From positions 1 through 23,694 of IMG/VR virus record IMGVR_UViG_3300005859_000281: a stretch of 23,694 nt of DNA; one strand, written 5' to 3'. Of this stretch, positions 8,270-16,106 are shown one piece after another. The position numbers and the translations under genes are program-made. Positions within the stretch are counted from its first letter, which is position 1, and every line of letters starts with the position of its first letter. Below the pieces are notes generated by a model. The model saw nothing but the letters and a program-made list of their open reading frames with translations. It was not told the origin of the DNA and ran no database searches.

Positions 8270-9014
8270 GAAGGAGTTAAGGGCGGAAAGCCTCGCCATG
8301 GGATGGACAGCCCCTTATAGAAAGTTTCGATACCGCTTTGCTTTCTTTTTCTTTATAATTCTTTCATCTAAATAAATATTCTCATAGAAATGGCGAACTA
8401 TAATATAATCTCCTTCTTGTATCTTTTCCTTATATACTATATAAATTGATTTACTATGCTCTTCTGCTCTTATCTTATAAATTCTATAATTCATTAGGAA
8501 GAGAATAGGATTAAAGAATAAAATTTTGTTATTCTTAAATAATCCAAATATGAAGAATAAAACTATAATAAACACAATCAGTCCGATTAATGTGGCTGGA
8601 AAAACAGATAGTAACGCTAACACGTAAGTAGTCATTGTTATATTAGCGTAGTTTACACTCAGGTCTTCTATTCCAGTCACGTGATAAGTTCTCGGGCTTT
8701 CTTTGTCTTCCTCTGTCGTTATCAAGTAATAATAACCGTAATTCGAAATTATTAAAAGAGCTGATAGTATCATGTAGGGTATTAAAAGTAGGGGTATGCT
8801 AAAGGAATATATTCTAATATAAAATATAAAGAAATATTTAGAATAGGTAATCATTAGTATTATAAATACTAATGTATATTCGCTCAAGAACAATCGCAGT
8901 GAATTAAATATATGTGTACTCATGGACTGACTTACATTTATATTGTAATACAAACTAAATAAAACTTGTTTTATTGAGGGAACCAACGCCCTCCCTGGGC
9001 GAGAAGAAAGTCGG
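8270..9014 (+). mobile_element. Non-autonomous IS200/IS605-derived element carrying a passenger gene
   Basis: Left-end-like GAAGGAGTTAAGGGCGGAAAGCCTCGCC..GGATGGACAGCCCC (8270-8314) and right-end-like GGGAACCAACGCCC..GGGCGAGAAGAAAGTCGG (8978-9014) enclose one ORF; ends recognised from recalled Sulfolobales IS605-family termini. Confidence 0.6.
8315..8923 (-). CDS. Multi-pass membrane protein, KwaA (Kiwa)-like
   Basis: About 4 TM helices; TTYVLALL...FFNPILFLMNYRIYKI resembles the KwaA TY..P / NP.L...GY..Y pattern; very AT-rich; likely start ATG 8923. Confidence 0.55.
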   Translation of the reverse strand: MSTHIFNSLRLFLSEYTLVFIILMITYSKYFFIFYIRIYSFSIPLLLIPYMILSALLIISNYGYYYLITTEEDKESPRTYHVTGIEDLSVNYANITMTTYVLALLSVFPATLIGLIVFIIVLFFIFGLFKNNKILFFNPILFLMNYRIYKIRAEEHSKSIYIVYKEKIQEGDYIIVRHFYENIYLDERIIKKKKAKRYRNFL

Positions 9015-9096
9015 TTAGGTGCTCTTTAACAAACAATAAAGGAGAAATTAAACCACAAACAGAACCCTTATTAAATATTAAAACATATGTTTTTGC

Positions 9097-10455
9097 ATGG
9101 AACGTATCGAAGTAGAACTCGATGATCCTGAAATTTCAAAATATATTCAAAAATTAGGTGCAAATAACGTATATCTTGTTGGTGGCACTGTCAGGGACAT
9201 CCTGACTGGCAAGAAGCCTAAGGATTTAGATTTTGTAGTCACCGATTTCGATAAAGCGTTAAAGTTGGCAGAAGAGATGAACTTACCTATTCATGAAGAC
9301 GGCATAGATTTCGGAGTCCTTAGGATAGGAGATAAGTATGATTTTGCTTCATTGAGGAAGGAGCGATACGACACTGTTAGTAAACCTACCGTTGAGCTCG
9401 GTGCTTCTTTAGAAGAAGATGCGAGAAGGAGGGATTTTACAATTAATGACCTCTATGGCAAGATAGTAGGTATTCACGGAAATAAATTGGTAATGGAGAT
9501 CCTTGATTTCAACAACGGTTTGGAGGATCTACGTAATCATGTGTTAAGGTTTGTAGGAAACCCACAGGAGAGAATAGACGAGGATCCGCTTAGGATACTA
9601 AGGGGAATAAGGTTTAACCTTTACGGCTATAAAATGTCCCCAGACCAACTAGAAATAATGAAGAAGAACGTTGATAAGCTGGGTGGATTACCTATAGAGA
9701 GGATCAGTGATGAGATACTAAAAATACTAAAGGTTAACCCTGCGGAGGGGTTTAAACTACTCGACGAGTTCGGTCTATTAAAATATCTCTATGAAGAACA
9801 TTACGATGCATTAAAGAATACCTATCATGATAATAGGGGTGCACACCACGGCGAGAATGTTATAGAGCACACATATGAGACGTTAAAGAGGCTTAGACGC
9901 CCAGATATTGAAACGTTATTAGCAGTAATTTATCACGATGTAGGCAAACCTTATACTAGGAGCGAAAAAAACGGGAAGATAATGTTCATAGGTCATGCTA
10001 ACGAGAGTGCAGAAATTGCAAAGGAATTAATGAAGAACCTAAAGTTACCTAACAACCTGATAAAGGACGTTTCTAACCTAATAGAAATGCATATGGACTT
10101 TAATTTAGCACAGAATAACGAGAAGAACCAGGCACAATTAATTACTAAGTTAATGTCATTGTATTCTTGGAACCCTGAGAAAGCAAGAGAGATATATAAT
10201 AAACTAATAGAGCTATCTCACGCGGATACTGCAAGCGAGAATATACTTAACATGTCCGACAAGATAAAAGAGCCGATTGTAACTGGAGAAGAAATAATGA
10301 ATACTTTTGGTGTGAGCGGAAGCATATTGAAGCATTTGAAGGAGAGGGCATATACTCTACAACTCCAAGGATATGATAAAGGCGAGATACTGAAGACGTT
10401 GAAGGGTGATAACAAATTAAACGAGTTTAAGAAGGTGTTAGAAAATTGGAGCTGA
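9097..10455 (+). CDS. cca: Class II (bacterial-type) CCA tRNA nucleotidyltransferase / poly(A) polymerase family protein with HD domain
   Basis: GGTVRD..KDLDF (DxD), RKERY loop, RRDFTIN, EDPLRILRGIRF, ERISDE; HD domain EHT..YHDVGKP..GHA..HM..AD. Confidence 0.9.
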   Translation: MERIEVELDDPEISKYIQKLGANNVYLVGGTVRDILTGKKPKDLDFVVTDFDKALKLAEEMNLPIHEDGIDFGVLRIGDKYDFASLRKERYDTVSKPTVELGASLEEDARRRDFTINDLYGKIVGIHGNKLVMEILDFNNGLEDLRNHVLRFVGNPQERIDEDPLRILRGIRFNLYGYKMSPDQLEIMKKNVDKLGGLPIERISDEILKILKVNPAEGFKLLDEFGLLKYLYEEHYDALKNTYHDNRGAHHGENVIEHTYETLKRLRRPDIETLLAVIYHDVGKPYTRSEKNGKIMFIGHANESAEIAKELMKNLKLPNNLIKDVSNLIEMHMDFNLAQNNEKNQAQLITKLMSLYSWNPEKAREIYNKLIELSHADTASENILNMSDKIKEPIVTGEEIMNTFGVSGSILKHLKERAYTLQLQGYDKGEILKTLKGDNKLNEFKKVLENWS

Positions 10456-10511
10456 AAATCCTTAATAGGAAAGGTACCTCATTATTGAGGTTTCATGAAT
10501 TTGCACTCGAC

Positions 10512-11153
10512 CTATTGAGGGGTATTAGGGAGGGATGTTAGGGAGAGGAAATGAGGTATTCCAAAAGGGATACAAATATTACGTATTCCGTTGCATTCGC
10601 CTATATATGCATTTATCTCTTTATTCATATCGCAGTTCTCTTTTGAAAGCTTATGGAACACTCTTCCGTTTCCGTCTAAAATCCTGTATTTATTCCCCTC
10701 TTTAACCACAATTATCCGATCCTCTGCTAGCTTGCCCCTTCTCTTACCGTAATTCTCTCCATCTTCACAAAGTTTCCTCTTTATTTCTTCATTTTTCACG
10801 ATCTCTTCAATATTCTTGTATTTATACCCTGGAAAACCTTGTATTTCAGTTGAGATTATAAGATCCTTTAACTTAACGCTACCTTCTTCCCACGTACAAG
10901 ATTCGGCAGTTATTTCTTTTGCTATGAACTTCCTCTTAAACATTAAACTAAGCCCGTAAAATAAATCATAAATCTCCTTACAGTCCTCTTCTATTCCTTT
11001 CTTATGCTCACGGCACTTTTTGACTAGCCCATCTATATTAATTATATCAGGGGTTTTATCGCGAGTTAACGATGCTAATTCGTGCAATATATAACTTTTT
11101 ACAACCTCTAATCGCGACTCTTGAGTTAAATGCTCAGGATATTTTGTTATCAT
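10512..11153 (-). CDS. ParB/Sulfiredoxin-like domain protein
   Basis: IIVVKEGNKYRILDGNGRV resembles the ParB/Srx I.V....Y.I.DGxHR signature (H replaced by G). Confidence 0.55.
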   Translation of the reverse strand: MITKYPEHLTQESRLEVVKSYILHELASLTRDKTPDIINIDGLVKKCREHKKGIEEDCKEIYDLFYGLSLMFKRKFIAKEITAESCTWEEGSVKLKDLIISTEIQGFPGYKYKNIEEIVKNEEIKRKLCEDGENYGKRRGKLAEDRIIVVKEGNKYRILDGNGRVFHKLSKENCDMNKEINAYIGECNGIRNICIPFGIPHFLSLTSLPNTPQ

Positions 11154-11310
11154 ACATTACCTTTTTGATGTTTTTGTTTAAAAAGAAAAGGTGTTTATCC
11201 ATCAACAATAAACCTCAAACAGCTGTTTATGAGAGCGGAATAGGATCTGACTTGCTTGAGCTTGCCTTACCAACAGTCAGCTTTATTTGCCGTAGTTCTA
11301 AGGGTATAAT

Positions 11311-11652
11311 ATGATTACCCAAAAAGAAATGGTTTCGGCAATTTATAATTGTGTTAAGAAACGTGAAAAACATCTTATTGAGGAAAAGTCTTTCTTAATT
11401 TCCCTCTCTGTAGGAATCCCTGCAGACGACTTTTATGAAGTCGATGAACATCTTACTTATCGCGGTTTGGCAAACGATTACGTTGCTTACTGCGAAAATT
11501 ATTTGCCTATATTAGATAAATACGACAAGAAAACGATTTTAGAGGCTTCCCTGTACATGTTTAACCTAATAAGGAGAGGAGTGCGTGGTAAATTAAACGA
11601 AAAAGCCTCAAAATTGCTCTCGGAACTTAATCTATTCCAAGGCTATTCTTAA
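11311..11652 (+). CDS. Hypothetical protein (113 aa)
   Basis: ORF with TTTATTT ~30 nt upstream and a T-rich tract downstream. Confidence 0.75.
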   Translation: MITQKEMVSAIYNCVKKREKHLIEEKSFLISLSVGIPADDFYEVDEHLTYRGLANDYVAYCENYLPILDKYDKKTILEASLYMFNLIRRGVRGKLNEKASKLLSELNLFQGYS

Positions 11653-11710
11653 TTTCTTTAATAACCTCTTCTTTCTTTCTTCAATTTACTGTTCCCAATG
11701 ACGAAACGAA

Positions 11711-11878
11711 CGGCAAGCCTCGTCTCAGTCCTTAACGAGGTTTTAATTTAGTACTGACGAAACTAGAAGAAGGAGAGAAAAAGAGGGAAAAAGTACGAAA
11801 TGCTATATAGGAGAAAAAGTACGAAATAAGGGAAAAAAGATAACGGTAATTCGAACTGAACTGCGGGGAGGAGGTTAG
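11711..11878 (+). mobile_element. Degenerate IS200/IS605-end remnant
   Basis: CGGCAAGCCTCGTC..CAGTCCTTA (left-end-like, 11711-11734) and GCGGGGAGGAGGTTAG (right-end-like, 11863-11878). Confidence 0.45.
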
Positions 11879-12529
11879 AATCACCGAGAAGATTACAGTA
11901 TTCTTTGCGTATATAACTATAGTATTATCGTATATGGACGATTTTACTTCTCCACCATCATGTACCACTATTATGCTTCCATTTATTGGGTAGTATAATG
12001 TCTGTTCTATCAGTGCTGTTCCATTTATTGTGATTTTTCCTTTTTGCACTGTTACATTCCCGTTGTATAGTATCTGCCAACCGTATTCCGATACCCCATA
12101 CGATGAGTTGTATATTACAGTAAAATAAGCATTTATGATCGGATATATCGTCCCTGCAGGGGCGAATCCGCTTATAGATAAGACAGCAGTTTGAGTGTTA
12201 TATAAATATAATGTAATTACATAGGGAGAGTCTTGCGGAATAGCAACAGTAGGATCTGGTGCTGTAACGTTTACTATAACATATTCGTGCGGTTTTATGA
12301 TTATTATGGTTGGGTACCAACGATGGCTATTAATTATAGGCACCAATACATATGTTTTATTGGTAGGGTTTTGTATGCATATCGTTATCACGTTGTACTT
12401 ATTTATTTCTCCTACGTCGTAAAAATCCAATACCTTTGCATGCAATTGCGGGTGATAGAAAAAAATAGAAAACGTGAAAAGAGATGGTATTATAACTGCT
12501 AACATTAGTACGATTTCAAACTTTTCCAT
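11732..12529 (-). CDS. Membrane-anchored/secreted beta-rich probable glycoprotein
   Basis: N-terminal TM; several N-x-S/T sequons (NKT, NVT, NSS, NGT, NGS); likely start ATG 12529 with GGTG SD. Confidence 0.75.
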   Translation of the reverse strand: MEKFEIVLMLAVIIPSLFTFSIFFYHPQLHAKVLDFYDVGEINKYNVITICIQNPTNKTYVLVPIINSHRWYPTIIIIKPHEYVIVNVTAPDPTVAIPQDSPYVITLYLYNTQTAVLSISGFAPAGTIYPIINAYFTVIYNSSYGVSEYGWQILYNGNVTVQKGKITINGTALIEQTLYYPINGSIIVVHDGGEVKSSIYDNTIVIYAKNTVIFSVILTSSPQFSSNYRYLFSLISYFFSYIAFRTFSLFFSPSSSFVSTKLKPR

Positions 12530-13565
12530 CTTGCACCATCCATTCAGCATACTGTAACGCAAAATAAAATGTAAAATACCCCAAATCTCTAAAAGAGAAT
12601 ATCCATATTAACGCGGGAAGACCCCAAGCTAATTCTTTCTTATTATTATATAATAGGATTAATGCGAAAAGAGGCATCTCAAGCACGGTGTACACGAACG
12701 AGGGTATAGGTAACCCGAATGCGGTAAGAAATGAAAACGAAATGCCCTGATGTGCAACCGGTTGTGTAATAGTTATAACGGACGCAAGATATTGCTTTGA
12801 AATGAAGGGTATTGATGAGAGCAGTAACGGTAACGTGAATTCTGTTATCTTTCTAAGTTTTTGCTTTTCAAATTTAATTAGAAGAATAGCTATCAATATT
12901 GCAAACTGCTTTACGTCTGCAGAGATTCCCAGGAGCAGGTATCTGAATCTCTCATTAAATATTGCAAGAAACGCAATAGAATATGCGAAAAGGTTCAGTT
13001 CTTGCCCTGTCGCAAAATCGTACGAAAGTGCAGGAAATAGGAAAAAAGATGCGATGAAAACGTTTTCGCGTCTTTTGATGAAGGAATAGGTAAAAGCTAA
13101 AACAGCTGTTATTACGTCTACTGTTTCAAGGTTATGCAGAATTGCAACACTGATGAACGATAATGGAGGGTAAATATAGACGGACGGTAAAAATGAGTTT
13201 GACGTAGTGCCGGTCACAACGTTATACGGAACGTGATATATGGAAAACGCTTTAGCCATTGAGTAAAGGTACGGATTTTTTCCGTCTAGGAATAAGTGTG
13301 ACGCATATAATATTATTGCTTCTTCATCCGTCAGGATAGGTAATCCCGTCATGATGTTCACTACAGCTGTAATAGTTGCAATAGCAAAAGCCGAAACAAT
13401 GAGTATTCTTTGCCTTACGAAGATAGAGAGCATACCTAGAGCAACAACGAGAAATGCCGTAGGCAATAAATACGGTTTTCCGTCACCTAAAAACGCTGTT
13501 CCTATGCTGATTAAACCTAGCCCTGCCAAAAACCATGATATATTATCTTTCAATTTTTGTTCCAT
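12516..13565 (-). CDS. GT-C fold integral membrane glycosyltransferase (GT87/DUF2029-like)
   Basis: About 10 TM segments; TDE acidic motif, GKNPY, YIYPPL, VKQF. Confidence 0.65.
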   Translation of the reverse strand: MEQKLKDNISWFLAGLGLISIGTAFLGDGKPYLLPTAFLVVALGMLSIFVRQRILIVSAFAIATITAVVNIMTGLPILTDEEAIILYASHLFLDGKNPYLYSMAKAFSIYHVPYNVVTGTTSNSFLPSVYIYPPLSFISVAILHNLETVDVITAVLAFTYSFIKRRENVFIASFFLFPALSYDFATGQELNLFAYSIAFLAIFNERFRYLLLGISADVKQFAILIAILLIKFEKQKLRKITEFTLPLLLSSIPFISKQYLASVITITQPVAHQGISFSFLTAFGLPIPSFVYTVLEMPLFALILLYNNKKELAWGLPALIWIFSFRDLGYFTFYFALQYAEWMVQDGKV

Positions 13566-13577
13566 AACCGACTCCTG

Positions 13578-14237
13578 CTACAATCTGTCGGTACTTATCG
13601 GAGTAATACCTAACGTCTGTGCTATTTCGAGTGGAGATAACATTTCCACTCTCATTTTCGATGTGCTTACTCCTGCAACTTCCATGATACTCCTTTCAAA
13701 CGCTAACAAAAGTAACACTACTAGTTTATGTGCATCATTAAGCTTAGCTATTATATCATCATAATTTGCATCGATTGATATCAAACTATGAAGCTCTGAA
13801 AACTTTTCAGACAATTCGTCAATGGAAAGACTTGAAAACCTATCAGTCAAAATCGATAATAAAATCTGGAAATTATCATCTACGTTAAATGGAGTGCCGT
13901 AGAACTGGAGAGACCCGCTCTTAAGATCTTTTGTTAAAATCAAGACGTAATTGTTTAGGATTTCTTGCACAGTTGTTATTTTGATGGCTTCTTTTTGGGT
14001 CACCTGCCTTGTCGGTATGATAGCTTTTTCCCTGATTGCTTGCCTGACCAGGTTTGGGTCAACTTTTACAATGTTTCTCTTCCCAAGTGGCGATAATTGA
14101 GGTTGTTGTTGGGTTTGTTGTATTTGTTGAAACAGTTGTGGTGGTGCAGGCGTTGTCGTGCTTGGTATTTCATAAGTGGGTTCTTGTTGCTGTTGTTGTT
14201 TTTTAGTATTGGAGTTATTGGAGTTATTTAGGCTCAT
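13578..14237 (-). CDS. Hypothetical protein with N/Q/P-rich N-terminus
   Basis: 219-aa ORF divergent from moxR; TATA 14269-14262. Confidence 0.85.
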   Translation of the reverse strand: MSLNNSNNSNTKKQQQQQEPTYEIPSTTTPAPPQLFQQIQQTQQQPQLSPLGKRNIVKVDPNLVRQAIREKAIIPTRQVTQKEAIKITTVQEILNNYVLILTKDLKSGSLQFYGTPFNVDDNFQILLSILTDRFSSLSIDELSEKFSELHSLISIDANYDDIIAKLNDAHKLVVLLLLAFERSIMEVAGVSTSKMRVEMLSPLEIAQTLGITPISTDRL

Positions 14238-14261
14238 ACTACTTTCTTGTCCCGGAAGACG

Positions 14262-14319
14262 TTTAAAAAGTGGGTTTTGACGTTCAAACAGGTGTTTGAG
14301 GAAACTTTTTAAGTTTCCT
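14262..14319. promoter_or_regulatory. Divergent promoter with TCAAACAGGTGTTTGA palindrome and an inverted repeat around the TATA box
   Basis: Palindrome 14284-14299; AGGAAACTT-TTT-AAGTTTCCT 14299-14319. Confidence 0.7.
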
Positions 14320-14335
14320 ACACCAGATGTTTTTT

Positions 14336-16099
14336 ATGCAAATACAAGAACAACAGGGACAGAACAGTGAGAATTTGTCGTCTTCTGCCGATGTCTCTAC
14401 TATTGCTAGGCGTTTGAAGGACGAGTTAGATAAATATGTTGTCGGAAATGAAGACGTCAAAACGGCTGTGATAACAGGACTTTTGACGGGATTTCCTACA
14501 CTGCTCATCGGAGACCCAGGTACTGCAAAAACGTATACCATCGAAATCCTCTCGAAAATGATCGATGGGGTTAAACCAGAAGAGCTTTTCATAGTACTCG
14601 CTCATGAGGCAATGACACCAGAAGACATTTTTGGAAATACAAACCTCAAAAAATTGAGAGAAGAAGGAGTACTAGAATACATTACTGAAGGCTTCTTGCC
14701 TTCTGCTAAGCTGGTTTTCATAGATGAGATTTTCAAGGGCAACAAAGTCCTTGCCGAATCGTTGTTTAGAGCGATCAATGAAAAGAAGTTCAGAAATGGA
14801 AGTAAAGAGATCTCGTTACCGTGGCTAGCGTTCTTTTCTGCCTCAAACGAGGTGAGGGTAAATACACAAGCGGACAGAGCATTCCTAGATAGGTTCAAGA
14901 TATTTGCTACCGTTCTTTCGCCTGACTTGGAAGATGTGCAAAACCTAAGCTCAATTGCAGAACGGTATCATAAAGTTCTTACAGCAACTAAGCCGAGTTC
15001 CATCCCAACTGTAACGAGTTATGACGAAGTTAAAAAAATACAGGAGAAAATTCTTTCAGATTACACCAAATACACAACACAAGATATTGTGCTCGAAGCG
15101 GTGAAGCAGGGTAATCTCATCCTAGGTGCAATAGCACAGGCTTTGCAAAATCCAAGAGCGTTTAGCGATTCCGGAATTGTCAGGTCATACTTCAGATCGA
15201 TGGGCGGATATTTGACAATCAGCGAGAGAAAATTCAAAAGTATAATGCAAGTCGCTAACGCGTTACGTGACATGTTCGGCAATTCAACAATTACACCAGT
15301 GCATACTGCATTAGCATTCTATCTTACAATTCCATTCACACCCGACCTAAAGAATATAGTATCTTCTCTAGTCCCGACATTGATCAAATCATATTTCGAT
15401 ACAAGTGGGTCGAAGAATAATTCCTCTATTGATATTTATAGCTTGATAAATAGCATTTCTAAAACGGCAGAGAAAATATTGAGGAACAAAAACCTAAATG
15501 ACTTGTTAGTCAAAACGTCGACATACGCTGTAGATGTTATCGCTAAAGCATTTCCAGCGACATCGCCCGAGTTAGCACGATATAAAGCAGATCTCGTTAA
15601 GAAATTTTCTGCGGTAACGAATAATAGTGATGACACACAACAGAAGCTGACTAATTTTAAGGAAGCTGTAGGTATCCTGGTCGATATTGAAACCAAGTAT
15701 GCCAGTAATATTAAAATCAGGACTTTAGTAGAGAAACTACTTGAAAATATTGTATCTACTGTCTCCAAGCAGATAGATGTAAATCGTATAACGTCTGATG
15801 CGATGGACGAGCTTCAGAAAGCTTATGAAAAGATAAAAGCCGAAATTGAAAGTAAATATAACGAACTAATGAAACTAGGAGGGAGCGACGAGAACAGCAA
15901 ACTCATCGCCGGGATACAAAAATTCTTCCCGCAATTTTCGGACGCATTACCAAAAGGAGTGGTAGACCAAGAGCAGAAAGAAGTAATAATGGAGCAAGTT
16001 GACACTGCTGTAAGGCGGGCGAAGATTAAGATATTAGAGTTCACAAACGCACTAGAAAAAACTAAGAATGAACTTTTACAATTGACACAAGGGAAGTGA
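14336..16099 (+). CDS. MoxR/RavA-family AAA+ ATPase (ATV p618-like)
   Basis: Walker A GDPGTAKT, Walker B LVFIDE, ASNE, AFLDRF; helical C-terminus; adjacent VWA gene; alternative start 14327. Confidence 0.92.
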   Translation: MQIQEQQGQNSENLSSSADVSTIARRLKDELDKYVVGNEDVKTAVITGLLTGFPTLLIGDPGTAKTYTIEILSKMIDGVKPEELFIVLAHEAMTPEDIFGNTNLKKLREEGVLEYITEGFLPSAKLVFIDEIFKGNKVLAESLFRAINEKKFRNGSKEISLPWLAFFSASNEVRVNTQADRAFLDRFKIFATVLSPDLEDVQNLSSIAERYHKVLTATKPSSIPTVTSYDEVKKIQEKILSDYTKYTTQDIVLEAVKQGNLILGAIAQALQNPRAFSDSGIVRSYFRSMGGYLTISERKFKSIMQVANALRDMFGNSTITPVHTALAFYLTIPFTPDLKNIVSSLVPTLIKSYFDTSGSKNNSSIDIYSLINSISKTAEKILRNKNLNDLLVKTSTYAVDVIAKAFPATSPELARYKADLVKKFSAVTNNSDDTQQKLTNFKEAVGILVDIETKYASNIKIRTLVEKLLENIVSTVSKQIDVNRITSDAMDELQKAYEKIKAEIESKYNELMKLGGSDENSKLIAGIQKFFPQFSDALPKGVVDQEQKEVIMEQVDTAVRRAKIKILEFTNALEKTKNELLQLTQGK

Positions 16100-16106
16100 G
16101 TATCTT

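Noticed and set aside
8924-8986. N-terminal extension of the membrane protein from TTG 8986
   Set aside because: It begins inside the IS right-end remnant; ATG 8923 is more plausible.
10452-10492. Possible IS right end supplying the CCA gene stop (CTGAAAATCC) and small hairpins
   Set aside because: Similarity to the other elements is too weak; it may simply be a terminator between convergent genes.
12233-15768. Antisense ORFs within the GT-C, Q-rich and MoxR genes
   Set aside because: They lie opposite well-supported genes and show no motifs or promoters.
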